From Octopus vulgaris (lineage: Eukaryota): a stretch of 64,000 nucleotides of DNA. The notes beneath the pieces are model-generated. The model was not told the origin of the DNA, did no database searches, and saw nothing but the letters and a program-made list of their open reading frames with translations. The position numbers were made by a program, and so were the translations under genes. Position 1 is the first letter of the stretch. Every line of letters starts with the position of its first letter. The stretch lies in assembly GCA_951406725.2 (NCBI GenBank), contig OX597823.1, positions 69,130,001 to 69,194,000 on the forward strand. The letters are read 5' to 3'. Positions 13,606-26,660 of the stretch are shown here, one piece after another.

Positions 13606-13827
13606 TACTCTTACTCTTTACTCTTTTACTTGTTTCAGTCATTTGACTGTGGCCATGCTGGAGCACCACCTTTAGTCAAGCAAATCAACCCTGGGACTTA
13701 TTCTTTTGTAAGCCCAGTACTTATTCTATCGGTCTCCTTTGCCGAACCACTAAGTTATGGGGACATAAACACACCAGCATCAGTTGTCAAGCAATGCTAG
13801 GGGGACAAACACAGAGACAAACATACT

Positions 13828-13861
<34 letters not shown>

Positions 13862-14035
13862 CATTTATACAATGGGCTTCTTTCAGTTTCCGTCTACCAA
13901 ATCCACTCACAAGGTTTTAGTCAGCCTGAGGCTATAGTAGAAGACACTTGCCCAAGATGCCACGCAGTGGGACTGAACCCGGAACCATGTGGTCGGTAAG
14001 CAAGCTACTTACCACACAGCCACTTCTGCGCCTAT
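13606..14035 (-). mobile_element. SINE family B, full length (tRNA head, CORE-like domain, internal (TA)/(CA) tract, (AAAAGAGT)n tail)
   Basis: Reverse complement of ggcgcag..gtggctgtgtggtaagtagcttgcttacc..gggttcagtcccactgcgtggcatcttgggcaagtgtctt..gactgaaacaagtaaaagag. Confidence 0.9.
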
Positions 14036-14159
14036 GCATAAGTTGCATATTGAAATAGGCAACGATTTGGTTATGCCATTCTTTTTGAAACACACACAGC
14101 TGATTAATTCATTGATAAATCTTCATTCCTTGCAGTTTTTCTAAATACTCTGTTATTAA

Positions 14160-14379
14160 CCTTTTAGCATTTAAACTGGCCATATCCAGCCAAGCCATTC
14201 TACTTGATTTATTTTCAAACCAGCAAGAGCTAACCTTTCACTGCTACTCTACAATATCATTCTAAAAACAAACAATTTCATTATTGAAATTTTGAGGTTA
14301 CAAGATAACGCATGAGCAATTGAAAATAATGTGAATATATAAGCACGACATTTGGCATAAAAATCTGAATGCTAAAGGG
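14160..14379 (+). mobile_element. piggyBac-type MITE
   Basis: TTAA|CCTTTTAGCATT...AATGCTAAAGGG|TTAA: TIRs with a TTAA target site. Homologous to the copy at 22937. Confidence 0.8.
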
Positions 14380-14699
14380 TTAATATACTGAACTTTATTT
14401 GGAGTTTGGTCTTTGGATTTTCAGATTGGCCAAGTTCCAAAAAAGTGAAATAAAAATCTATGTGGATTACTATAGACTTAACTAGACAATCTATTGAGCC
14501 AAGTTTGATCTCTAAAGAGTACTTAAGAGATATTTGTCAGGATGCCTAGATTTAGTTAATCCTTTTGTCTTTCACACATACACAAACACACACACACACA
14601 CATATATATGCACATATACATATGCATCTATATGTATGATGAAAGCATGTATATATGTATGCATGTATGTAAGTATGTATGTATGTAAGTATGTATGTA

Positions 14700-14747
<48 letters not shown>

Positions 14748-14753
<6 letters not shown>

Positions 14754-14960
14754 ATCCACAAAACAAAGAAAAAAACAAGAAAAAACAACATGAGGACATG
14801 GTATATGGAAAGTATTAGCACACTCTCAGGGGAGAAAGGTAGTTTTTAAGTTTCAAGCATGCTCTTCTTCAGAAACAGGAGAGAGAGAGAGAGAGGAAAG
14901 TCCAAGAGAAAAGGAAGACAGACGAAAAAAATCACAAATGATCCACATGTAGTTACATTT
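14748..14960 (-). mobile_element. (TA)n-anchored PLE-type terminus with minimal hammerhead core
   Basis: Minus strand CTGAAGA-AGAGCATGCTT-GAAAC at 14850-14872, abutting (TA)n. Confidence 0.5.
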
Positions 14961-15096
14961 TGAAAATCCCCAGCCTTCCGTCTGACTTTGGAGTGCCTAA
15001 TTCATGGAACTCTTTCTACTATCAGATTACATTACCTTGTTCATTCAGAATATGCCATTTCTGTACCTTGATTGTGAATCATTATATATATATATA

Positions 15097-15473
15097 TTCT
15101 TTTATTTGTTCCAGTCATTTGACTGCGGCCATGCTGGAGCACCGCCTTTAGTGACCAAATTGACCCCAAGACTTAGTACTTATTGTATTGGTCTCTCTTG
15201 CTGAACTGCTAAGTTACAGGGATGTAAACACACTAGCATCGGTTGTCAAGCAATGTTGGGGGGACAAACACAGACACACAAACATACACACACACACACA
15301 TATATATATATACATATATACGACAGGCTTCTTTCAGTTTCTGTCTACCAAATCCACTCACAAGGCTTTGGTTGGCCCGAGGCTATAGTAGAAGACACTT
15401 GCTCAAGGTGCCATGCAGTATGACTGAATCCAGAACCATGTGGTTCATAAGCAAGCTACTTACCACACAGCCA
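15097..15473 (-). mobile_element. SINE family B
   Basis: Same modules as 13606-14035. Confidence 0.9.
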
Positions 15474-15489
15474 CATATATATATGTATT

Positions 15490-15684
15490 CACCATGTTGG
15501 ACCACTGAAATCTACAAGTTTTTTTCATTCTCTCTCTGTTTATTTTCCCTTATTCCTTTCTGTTGAAGAGCTTAGGCTCAAAAGGTAAAGACTTTTTCAT
15601 TTTTCCTGAGCGTCAAACTTGTTTTTTATTGCACTTGTTTTTTATTCATACACTTGTCTTTGTTTTTGTTTTTCTGTAAATTTC

Positions 15685-15690
<6 letters not shown>
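15490..15690 (+). mobile_element. (TA)n-anchored PLE-type terminus
   Basis: TTTCTGTTGAAGAGCTTAGGCTCAAAAGGTAAAGAC..ttttctgtaaatttcaac(TA)n. Homologous to 340-540. Confidence 0.5.
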
Positions 15691-15720
<30 letters not shown>

Positions 15721-15879
15721 GCCCTTGCATACATATCTCTACATGCTTATATGAAAGATTATTCCACGAATTTTGATGACAATCATATGTTTCACTAAGG
15801 CAACAATTATCTGATTTGTTAAATAACTGGTTATTCTTCAGTTCACATTCACGGAAGCAATATCTCATTTAAGCAATAT

Positions 15880-16850
15880 ATGTATCAAACCTAAAGAATT
15901 CATCATGCAAAGAAACATCACAAACAATATGGATGAACACAATGGAAACATTACTGAAGAACTGAAGGAAAACAACATTTAGAAATAATGGAAATTCTAA
16001 AGCACATTTTACTTGAAGTTTTCGATCTTAATTGCTATAAAATAGCAAAACAAGCTCTCTGTGAATAAAATGAAATTATATCAGAACAAACTTCACTCAG
16101 AGTTAAATAATTTCACAACAAAACTATTTACCAGCAAGTAATATTTGTATGCAAGATGAGAGTTGCTGATTGCAATAGTATTCCCCAAAGTGAGAACCAT
16201 GCACAAATGGACACATTCCAATAAAGAGAAGATATATGCCAACAGCATTTATGATAGCATTTGTAAAAATGCATGATTCAATCAGTCTCTATGTCACCTT
16301 ACTGTAAGGCTGGTTATTCTCATTAAGGTTACAGTGACCATAGCAAAAGCTGTGATAATAAGTGTATGATGAGCTATGAAAGCAAAGTATACAAACAATT
16401 GAAAGGAATTCTAAATGAAATGTTTCAAGAAAACTATATCTAATTGGCATTGTTAAGGGACCAAAACAGTTGATGTTGATGGTAGTTAGCAATACAGGTG
16501 TGAATTATTTACAACAATCTAATATTCTTTTGTTACAACAAATAAACCTGACCCATTTGTATTCCTTTTCCATAATTGTTTAGCAGGAGAAGTAAACAAA
16601 ATTCTCTCATTGATTTGGAGAACAGGAAGAAAAAAACATTGTTGATCTATAGAAGATCATCAGCTATGCAGTGGTGCAAATAAGTATTAAATGCACTTTA
16701 CGCCATGCAAAATTGTAAAATAAAGTAGAAAATACATTGGGAGAAATCAGAGAAGAGAACTGTTGAATACAAATTGATCACTGTCAAACAAAATTTGAAA
16801 GTTGTCAGTGAGAAACTTTGTCAGCATAAAAATATTGCTGAAAGAAATGT
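15880..16850 (+). pseudogene. Very degenerate hAT (Charlie/SPIN-like) transposase remnant
   Basis: Scattered translatable patches in the expected order: KEFIMQRN.., LVILIKV, VYKQLKGILNE, LIGIV..MVVSNTGV, HQLC. Many stops. Confidence 0.35.
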
Positions 16851-16859
16851 AGTTGATTC

Positions 16860-17398
16860 TAATTTGGACACAAGGCCATCAATTTTGAGAGGTAGTGGCT
16901 AGTCAATACCATCAACCACTACTGTTTGACCAGTACTTTAATTTATTGAGCTTTGTAGGAATTGATCTCAGCAGGATTTGAGTTCAGAATATAAAGAAAT
17001 GTTGACCTCTGCAGGATTTGAGCCCAGAATATAAAGAAATGTTAACCCTTGCAGGATTTGAGCTCAGAATATCAAGAAATGTTAACCCTTGCAGGATTTG
17101 AGTTCAGAATATAAAGAAATGTTAACCCTTGCAGGATTTGAGCTCAGAACATAAAGAAATGTTAACCCTTGCAGGATTTGAGCTCAGAATATAAAGAAAC
17201 GTTGATTTCCGCAGGTTTTGAGCTTAGAATATAAAGAAACGTTGACTTCTGCAGGATTTGAGCTCAGAATATAAAGAAATGATAACCCTAGCAGGATTTG
17301 AGCCCAGAATATAAAGAAACGTTGACCTCTGCAGGATTTGAGCTCAGAATACAAAGAAACGTTGACCTCTACAGGATTTGAGCTCGGAATATAAAGAA
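16860..17398 (-). repeat. SINE family A whose B-box segment has expanded into 11 x 40-bp tandem repeats
   Basis: Unit gcaggatttgagctcagaatataaagaaatgttaaccctt starts at 16971, 17011 and every 40 bp to 17371. It is preceded by the SINE A 3' module. Confidence 0.9.
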
Positions 17399-17529
17399 CC
17401 AAATGAAATAGTACAAGGTATGTTTTTGTTTTTCTTTCCAGAGCTCTACAATTTCTGCCAACTCATTAGTTATAAAAGAAATATGATTCAAACAAAATCC
17501 AAATTGAATCAATTCATAGTTTACAGAGA

Positions 17530-17740
17530 GATGAAGGGATTAGCAGAGTTGTTACAGTGTCAGAAAAAATGCCCTGCAATATTTGTTTTGGCTCTTTGCA
17601 TTGAGATCATATCCCATTGAGGTCAACTTTCATCATTTTGGGATCATTTAAGAAAGAACTAGTCAAATACCGGGATTGACAATATTGACTAATGCCTTCC
17701 TCTCGAAATAGTTGGCCTTGTGCCTAAATTAGAAACGAAT
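17530..17740 (+). mobile_element. SINE family A, degenerate
   Basis: gaggtcaactttcatc..ggccttgtgcctaaattagaaac. Confidence 0.6.
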
Positions 17741-17837
17741 ATTACTATTATTGCTTGTTCTCAAAGTATATGCACATGTTCTTTTCTCTCTGAAGGCAGA
17801 CCATAATTACAACATTACACACACACACACACACGTG

Positions 17838-17880
<43 letters not shown>

Positions 17881-17883
17881 GTG

Positions 17884-17916
<33 letters not shown>

Positions 17917-17997
17917 GTGTATATATATATATATATATATATATAAATGTATGTGTGTGTGTGTATGTATCTATGTATGTATTTATGTATGTATGTA

Positions 17998-18216
17998 TGG
18001 CATTAGGAATGGCATACAACCATAGAAACAAAGCTAGAAGAGACTATGGAACCTGGTGTGACTCCTGGCCTCGTCAATTCCTGTCAAGCCATCCAACCCA
18101 TGCCAACAAGGAGAACAGGGAAGGATCGGTAACAAGAATGGTGTCCAACCATTGAAATATCTGCTTCAAAAAATTTATTAAAAATATTTAAATGATGATG
18201 ATGATGATGATGATGA
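17998..18216 (+). mobile_element. SINE family C 3' part
   Basis: tggcattaggaatggcat..ctgtcaagccatccaacccatgcca..(gat)n. Confidence 0.6.
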
Positions 18217-18419
18217 CAGAGACAGCAATGACAATAATGATGACAAAGATAAATGGCGACATAATGAAAACGATGGCACAAGTCCAGGCAAGTTTGTTTA
18301 TTGAAGACCCAGCAGTCACCCATGCATACTAGCCTCCACTCTCTACACCACTGATGCTATCCAAAGGAAAGGCAAAGGCCGACACAGCTTTGCAAAGGCC
18401 AATACAGCTATCTCAATTA

Positions 18420-18586
18420 CCATCACTGCCACCGCCACTACTACTACTACTACTGCCGCCACTGCTGCTGCTACTACTACCACTACTATTACTACCACCG
18501 CCACTACCACCACTACTGCAACTACTGCCACCACCACCACCACCACTTCCACATCTGTACTACTGCTACTGCTGCTGCAACTGCTA
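18420..18586. repeat. (CCA/CTA/CTG)n trinucleotide tract
   Basis: Directly visible. Confidence 0.9.
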
Positions 18587-19007
18587 AGGAGACAAAAGTT
18601 ATGATAATAATTACTTCACACAAGACCTTAAATTTGGGGGTGGGATTTGTCAGTTAAGTTGACCTCCACCTTACCCCTCCCCATCTTAGAACTTGAATGG
18701 TACATTAATTTAGTATGAATTATAAAAGTATAAAAGTATAAAAGGCAAAGCTGATCTTGACAAGATTTGAACTCATATTGTTATAAATACTGCAAAGCCT
18801 TTTGTTTGCCATGCTAATGGTTCTGTCAGTGTACCTCACCACCTCATTTTATAATGGAGATAATAATAGTAATGATTATGTGGAGGAGGGTAGGAGTGGA
18901 GGAATAGAAGGAGGGAAAAGTAGTGGTTCATACTGAGGAAAAAGGTAGGTCGAAGTTAAGGCATAAGGAGTTCTTTGTAATGGGCGATGTTAATGCTGGT
19001 AAAAGCA

Positions 19008-19750
19008 ATGAGAGTGATGACGATGATGATGTTGATAATGACAACGACTATGATGATGATGATGATGATGACGATGATTGTGGTGATGATGATGATGATG
19101 ATAACGATGACGATGATGAAGATGATGATGATGATGATTATTGTGATGGTGGTGGTGGTGGGAATAGTGATGATGATGATAACGATGATGATGATGAAGA
19201 TGATGATGATTATTGTGATGATGGTGGTAGTGGGAATAGTGATGATGATGATAGTGATGATGATGATAATGAGGATAGTGATTGTGATGGTGGTGGTGGT
19301 GGGGATAGTGATGATGATGATAATGAGGAGAATGATGATGATGACAGCGACGACAATGATGATGATGATTGTTATAGTAGCAGGGCAGTAATAGTGCTGG
19401 TGATGATGAGGATGAACATGATGATGATGATGAGGATAACAATGATGATGATGATAATGAGGATGATGATGATGTCAGTGACGACAATGATGATGATGAC
19501 TGTTATGGTAGTGGGGTAGTAATAGTGTTAGTGGTGATGATGATGATGAGGATTGTGATGGTGATGGTGTGGTGGTGGGAATAGTGATGGTGATGATAAT
19601 GAGGATAATGATGATGATGACAGTGACGACAATGATGATGATTGTTATGGTAGTGGGGCTGTAATAGTGGTGGTGGTGGTGGTGGTGATGATGATGAACA
19701 TGATGACGACGACGATGACTACGATGACGATGACAATGACCACAGTGATC
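19008..19750. repeat. (GAT)n-based complex repeat with higher-order units
   Basis: Recurring blocks gattattgtgatggtggtggtggtgggaatagt and tgttatggtagtgggg..gtaatagtg. Confidence 0.9.
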
Positions 19751-20589
19751 GCAAAGCAATTAGATTACTTCTGAAGGTATTTTTCTATCTTTGCTTACCA
19801 TTCAGTAACTCGAAGGAAACATTGCTTAAGGAAGCTGCGATAAGAGTTAGATATCTTAAATAAATGGGAATGTATTTAAGATTCTGTTTCTTATCTTGTT
19901 ATAAATAAACTAAGCTCCAAAGGGAAATATTTGCATAGGAAACACTTAAAATTTAATAAATTCAACTCTTCCATAAACAAAATATTCAAAAAGAATATTT
20001 TTGTTTTTTGCTTCTTTACAGGAATATTTCTCACTGGTTTCCAAAAATGCTCCTGAGAAAGTGTTCAAGGCTGAATATTTAATAAATTATAACATTATCA
20101 AAGCAAATAACTTTGAGAAAAAAAACAAAAAAAATTATTTATTTATTTATTTAAATTATTTTGAAAGCTTATTCAGTCATAGTGTGTTGTCTAAAATTGG
20201 AGTTTTTATTATTTTTCCCCTTCTGCATCATCAAGCAATTATGAGTGGAGTGATTAAATTCCCTTGTTTTCAATTCATTTTAATAAAGATATTTAAAAGC
20301 TCCACATTGTAATTTTATTCCACTTTAAACTGTCAAAATAGTGAGATGCGGGTTAATATTGATTTCTTTACAGAGGCACAACACTAGAAATGTGTAGGGT
20401 AGAGATAGCATTGATTGTATCAATCTCTCAGTACATTTCTGCAAACTACTTAATTGACTCCGGATCAATGAAACAGCAAAATTGATCTGAAAATAACAAA
20501 AAGAAAATTACATAAAATGAAGAGTTTAATCGTCTTTCGCAACTGAATATGATCTGGTACCATGAACTTTCACTAACTGTTTTAGGGAT

Positions 20590-21135
20590 ACCTCATCACC
20601 ATCATTGTTTGACCGTGGTCGAGACAATGGAATTTACTATGTTACGCCAGACTTCACGGTCCATCATAGCATTATGGAGGTCCTGCTGCTGGATGCCTGT
20701 ATCCCTGGAGATTACATCAGAGTAGGAGAATGTGTGCCCTCTGGTATCAAGAGCAGATGGCTTCCAGAGGAGAAGAATAGAAATTACCTCGTTTTCAGCT
20801 CTACAACAATGTCCAGCAAACTGGACTCTTCTACCTTTCACAAGAGATGATACAGATGGTAATTTTCCATATATTTGTACTTTGGTTGGATGACGCTTCC
20901 ATGAGATATTTTGAGCTCCCATAAGGAGGCGAGTGTAAGTTCCATCCAACCACCTCTCAAGCTTCTTTGATAACGTCCAGGTTTCTGAGCCATATAGTAG
21001 AATTGGTTCGACTGTGGCTTTGAAGATTTTAACTTTGAAATCTCTACTTAGATTTGATGACCAGATCTTATGCATATCATTACAGGCTGACCAGGCCATA
21101 CCCTTTCTAGTTAGAAAATCTTTTTCAGATGCCTA
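20590..21135 (-). mobile_element. RTE-clade LINE, 5'-truncated 3' end (ORF 20602-21099)
   Basis: AWSACNDMHKIWSSNLSRDFKVKIFKATVEPILLYGSETWTL..LDGTYTRLL..RRVQFAGHC..AMMDREVWR, the RTE RT C-terminal region. Short tga/tgg tail. Confidence 0.9.
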
Positions 21136-21169
21136 GATAGTAAGGAAACTCCACCTTGGTATGTATATC

Positions 21170-21680
21170 CTAACAGAGAATGCATGCTAACTGGTCCATC
21201 AAAATCATCAGCTTACATTACTATAATGACATAGTTCTGCTAACATTTTTCTATGCTAATGAGACATAGAAGAACACAGTGAAAATTCTCAGAAAGCTAG
21301 GTGTGGTCTTGCCAGTTCATTCTCCACCAAAGATGCTTGAGGAAGATTCTGAGAATGTACTGGCAAGACTACATAACCAATGGAGACATTCTAAAGAGAG
21401 CCAACACAAGACCACTAAGCAAAGTCACTGCAAAACAAAGATTAAAACTAACAAATCACTTACTCTGGTTACCAGAACAATGCCAGTCAAAAACAGCTTT
21501 CAAATAAACACTAACAGAGGGAAAAAGAATGAGATGTAGACTGGAAATTACATGGTGCAGAACATTCAGAAACATCACATGGACAGTTGTAGATAAAACT
21601 GCAGCCAGCAGAAACTGGTGGCATCAAATTTCTTGTCCAATGTACTTGAGAACAAAATGGGAACTCATATTGATGTAAAA
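21170..21680 (+). pseudogene. Older RTE-clade LINE 3' fragment, back-to-back with the previous one
   Basis: FLYANET*K, HQRCLRKILRMYWQDYITNGDILKRAN, KQRLKL, GKR..RLEITWCRT. Confidence 0.75.
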
Positions 21681-21854
21681 GAGAACAGATATTGATACTG
21701 GCTAAGTCCTTGAACCCTTGACCAACTGGAACGTTAAAATTATGACTGCTCAAGAGAGAAAAATGCAGCAGTTGTCAGCTGGTATTTATTTACAGCTGAG
21801 TAGATTAGGCTGTAGATTGGACAGTGTAAAATATAGTGCCTTGCTTGTCCATTC

Positions 21855-22145
21855 TTGTTTGTTCCTTCTCAAGCCATGCCTGGCTCATAGGGCCGTTTTC
21901 CCGGTTTCCTTGGTGTATAGGTTCCCCACCTGGACGGGATGGGTGTCCATCACAGGTGAGCTGCAAGATGCTGGAGGAAAGAGTGAGAGAAAGAGTCAGC
22001 AGAAGTTCGCCATTACCCTCTGTCAGAGCCGCGTGGAGCTTAGGGATTTTGCTCATAAACACACACATCGCCTGGTCTGAGATTGGAACTAATGATCCCT
22101 CGACCACGAGTCCACTGCTCTAACCACTAGGCCATGTGCCTCCAC
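21855..22145 (-). mobile_element. SINE family D, subtype shared with 31822-32118
   Basis: Reverse complement of ggaggcacatggcctagtggttagagcagtggactcgtggtcgagggatc..gtgtgtgtttatgagcaaaa..aggtggggaacctatacaccaaggaaaccgggaaaacggccc. Confidence 0.85.
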
Positions 22146-22936
22146 CTTGTCCATTCTTGGGAATGCAACACATTACTTAGTTAAGGAAATGAACTCAGAA
22201 TTATAAAATTGTGGGTCTGATACAAGGATTAGGCTTGTGAGCCCAACATCCTAAACACTAGGCCATACAACTTCACAAACAGAAATATAAAGAGGTCAAA
22301 TTACCAAATAGTGGAACGGCATTTGTTTGTATAATCTTTTAGTTAAGAGGAAAGTGCAATGCCCCTGTCCTTTCTCAGGATCTCTAAGACTGGTGAAGGG
22401 AGGGAAGATGATATCCTTAAACTGGAGACCTGGTCTGAATGCTTGAAACAGAGAGGGCTCCACTAAAAGCCCCAACACTCTAATGATTCTGTCAGTCATC
22501 TGCCATTAGACTCAAACTTTATTACTGTCCCTGGATGGATGAAATTCAATGTTAACCCCAGTAAGAGTTGAACTTAGAATGCAAAATGCTGGAAGAAATA
22601 TTGCAAGGAATTTTGTTTGTTGTTCTAATGACTCTGTCAAGTTACCACATTAATATTAAATATGTGGAGGACAAATTACCAAACACTGGGAAGGCTCTTA
22701 GTCATGATGTTTAGATCTTCATCCATTTCCCATCATAATCTAAAATTGATATTTATGAGCCAATGAAGGAGCCACTATGTCAGTGTTTCACCTCATAGAA
22801 ATAGAAGCCAATTTTCCCTCAAATTGAACCGTATCATTTTAATGAAGCAAAAGAAGAAAAATAGGAAATGTACTCTTAGACTTACTTCTAAAAAGATGGA
22901 GTAAGCCCTATTTTGGTGAAAGATCTTTTCAGTTAA

Positions 22937-23269
22937 CCCTCTAGCATCTAAACCGGCCATATTCAGCCAAAATATTTTACCTGTTTTATGTTCAAACCTG
23001 CTTTATGTTAAAAAATGTTCTACCTGTTTTGTGTTAAAAAAATATTCTACCTGTTTTATGTTAAAAAAATGTTCTACCTGCTTTATGTTCAAAATATGTT
23101 CTAACAAAATATGTTAAAAAAATATGTTCTAACAAAATATGTTAAAAAAATGTTCTACCTGTTTTATGTGCAACCTACCCTACGATGTTACAAGACAATG
23201 CATGATTAATTCAAAACAATGTGAATAAATAAGTATCACATTTGACAGAGTAATTCGAACACAAAAGAG
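22937..23269 (+). mobile_element. piggyBac-type MITE with internal ~28-bp tandem expansion
   Basis: TTAA|CCCTCTAGCAT...AAAAGAG|TTAA. Internal atgttctacctgttttatgttaaaaaa units at 22975-23170. Confidence 0.75.
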
Positions 23270-24199
23270 TTAAAGGTGATCAATGGCTAAAGAACAATAA
23301 CCACTAGAACAACATATATAGCAATCTTAGTTTTTGTCTGTACTCATTCCCCTTTGATTTAAAATCTTATATAGTATTTTATTTTATGAAATTCAGTGAA
23401 AAAATAGAATTCTAAACATTGACAAGAAAATAAACTGAGTGAAACAAAATTGCACAACTGGTAAAGACAGCAGCATTTAATCTTTGTATATTAGAAGTTT
23501 AAATATTTAGTTAGAGAATATTAAAATTCATGAGAAATATATATTTTAAAGCATTTGAGGTAAAATTGTATAAGAAAATTACAATATTATGAATATTATA
23601 AATATTATCTATGTTTTGTTATTTAATGTGATAATAATTTAAATATTTCATAATTGATAGGGAATACACGGAAACAAAAGAAAGTGAATCTTAATTTTGC
23701 CACTTTAAAAATGAAAGAAATTGATCTCTTGATGCTGGAGTTTTATTGATTTTTAGGACGATCTTTCTCCTTTGCTTTAAGTAAAAACAAAACAACACAA
23801 ATATCATTGCATTGAATTGGTGTATGAGAAACAAACAAACATACATACACACACACATATAAAATTTGTGTGTATGTATATTGCGAGTGCGTATTCATAT
23901 CCGAGTGTGTGTTTGTGTATGTGTGTGTATGCGTGTGTGTGTGTGTGTGTGTGTGTGCGGAGCAGATATGTTTGTGTGTTTAAGACGTCCGTTTTGCAAC
24001 CACATGCTTTTGGGTTCAGTCTCACTATGCAGCTTCTTAGATGAGTGTCTTCTAACATAGCCTCAGGTCAAGCAATGCTTTGTGAAGGAATTTAGTATGA
24101 TGGGCTTTCAATTTAAATCTACTAAATTCCTTCACACACACATATATATATATATGTATATATGTATGTATACATGTATCTCTCTCTCTATATATATAT

Positions 24200-24390
24200 A
24201 TACTCTTTTACTTGTTTCAGTCATTTGACTGTGGCCATGCTGGAGCACCGCCTTTAATCGAGCAACTCGACCCCGGGACTTATTCTTTTGTAAGCCCAGT
24301 ACTTATTCTATAAGTCTCTTTTGCCAAACCGCTAAGTAACGGGGACATAAACACACCAGCATCGGTTGTCAAGCAATGCTAGGGGGACAA

Positions 24391-24439
<49 letters not shown>

Positions 24440-24603
24440 TACGACGGGCTTTCAGTTTCCGTCTACCAAATCCACTCACAAGGCTTTGGTCAGCCCGAGG
24501 CTATAGTAGAAGACACTTGCCCAAGGTGCCACACAGTGGGACTGAACCCGGAACCATGTGGTTGGTAAACAAGCTACTTACCACACAGCCACTCCTGCAC
24601 CTA
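24200..24603 (-). mobile_element. SINE family B, full length
   Basis: Same modules as the 13606 copy. Confidence 0.9.
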
Positions 24604-24649
24604 TATATTTATATATTTATACATACATACATACACACACACACATATA

Positions 24650-24806
24650 TACTCTGCTGTGTGGTTGGTGTTAGGAAGGGCATCCAGCTGTAAAATCTAG
24701 ACAAAGCATCAGAAGTCTGGTGCAGTTTTCTGCCTGGTCAGCTCCTGTCAAACCATCCAACCCATGCCAGCATGAAAGGCAGACACTAAACAATGATGAT
24801 GATGAT
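24650..24806 (+). mobile_element. SINE family C 3' part
   Basis: gtggttggtgttaggaagggcatccagctgta..ccaacccatgccagcatgaaaggcagacactaaacaa(tga)n. Confidence 0.8.
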
Positions 24807-24885
24807 ATATAAGTCTGATATATATGTCTGAATGTATATACACATGCAACCATTTATATGTATGTGAATGTGTATTATGTGCATG

Positions 24886-24939
<54 letters not shown>

Positions 24940-25294
24940 CATATATATATATATACCTATATACATATTAGAGGGAAACCACTATGTGGACACCCTTATG
25001 CTAGAAATAGATCCGCTATGATCTTACCACTAAGAAATGTTCAGAAGAAAAAATTTAGCAAAACAACCAAAATGTATTCGAGCAAGACAAAAGAAAAAGC
25101 AATAAAAATATGGATTATTCTCATACATGTTTCACTATTAACATATTATGTAATTTTACTTACATAAATGTCTGTAGATCATCGGTGTAACCATCTAGAT
25201 GAATATAATTTGCAGGACTGCATACTAGGACATCCACACAAAGTCAGATTTGTAAACAGTTCTATCCATTACACTCGTGGTTACTATTTCAGAT

Positions 25295-25339
<45 letters not shown>

Positions 25340-26327
25340 AATATACATTCAAATATATATGTATCTATATATATATATATGCTTATATGTATACATACAC
25401 ACACATATAGTCATATGTATGTGTGTGTATATGCCTGTTTCAGACATCTTTTGTTCAGTATATTTAATTATGTAATATTTGGCATGTTCAAATTCCATTC
25501 TTTGACTTTACATAAATAGAAAGGAAAAGAATTAATTTGCAATGACAGCAAACTAACAGAAACAGTAAAGTCTTCTTTTCATACGTTATTAATCTATTCT
25601 TTGAGGATGGCGTGAATTATTTGAATTTCATGATCAAAGATATATCCAACAGGAGGTGATCACTGTTATTTACTCATAGACAAGGTTGTTTCATCCAGTT
25701 CCTGTTGTTGCTTCATTCTCCGAAGGTGCCAAACACAGCAGAACAAGTAAATATAACAATTATTGATTTTAAAGTACTTCATTGGCCGCAGTATGAAACC
25801 ATTTTATTTATTTACCCGGGTTGTTTGAGAAGGTTTATGGATGCATTAATTGAGAACCGGACAACAAGGCAATTATTTGGTAATTTTTATCCTATCACCA
25901 CCATGATATTGTAGTCACTAGCAAGATATTTACTTTTCAGTGGCTGTGTCAATTTAAATTTGTGTAGGTACATTAATTTGGTATAATTCAGGAACATCAC
26001 CTGAATTTCTATAGCTTAGTAGTAAATCATTTCATGTATTTATCTCTAGGGCTTACATACAGCTAAGTAGACTGGAGTTTTTGGGCAGGCTTATGGCTGA
26101 ATCAAGAGAGAAGCAGCTAACCAGCCAAGTATTTCATGATTTTTATAATACAATAATTTTCTGGCTTGAATTTAATTACTGATATAAGGAATACATCAGA
26201 GATCTACCCAAGGTGAGATTGATCTCTCAATTGCTTGATGTATTGGATATCAGAAATAAAGACCTGTGGGATTTTGAAAATTGCTTCACAAGGCAGTTGA
26301 GAGTTAATAATTTTGGCTATTGGGTTA

Positions 26328-26660
26328 GGCCACCCTTTGGTCATGAATAACCATGGGATTGCACCTTGAAAGTTCTCCTCCAAGGCACAAGTCCAGGCAA
26401 AAGTTGTTTATGGAAGACCTGCAGTCACCCTAACATAGCAGCCTTCCTTCTCTGTGCCACCAATATTATCCAAAGGAAAGGTAAAGGCCAATACATCTTG
26501 GCACCAGTGATGTCACAACTCATTTCTACAGCTAGTTGGACTGGAGCAGCATGAAGTAAAGAGTGTTGCTCAAGAACACAACACAATCTGGTCTGAGAAT
26601 CAAACTTACAACCTCATGATTATGAGCCAAAAACTCTAACCACTGAGCCATGTGCCTTCA
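26328..26660 (-). mobile_element. SINE family D, subtype with 3' module also seen at ~18280 and 46410/46595
   Basis: Head ggcacatggctcagtggttagag and ttgtgttcttgagcaacactc on the minus strand. 3' module cttggtcatgaataaccatgggattgcacc. Confidence 0.8.

Noticed and set aside
16960-17398. CRISPR-like periodic array
   Set aside because: Units are contiguous tandem copies with no unique spacers, are SINE-derived, and have no cas genes in a eukaryotic context.
18354-18587. Pro/Leu-rich ORF
   Set aside because: SINE fragment plus a trinucleotide repeat.
18923-19519. Asp/Gly-rich ORF resembling an acidic biomineralisation protein
   Set aside because: (GAT)n satellite. The Asp frame is broken at the same position in each higher-order unit (..gtaatagtg), and there is no signal peptide or splice context.
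20001-20312. 103-aa ORF behind a strong plus-strand acceptor
   Set aside because: Low-complexity AT-rich translation, no recognisable domain and no upstream exons.
20602-21099. Intact 165-aa host gene
   Set aside because: It is the C-terminal fragment of a 5'-truncated RTE retrotransposon ORF.
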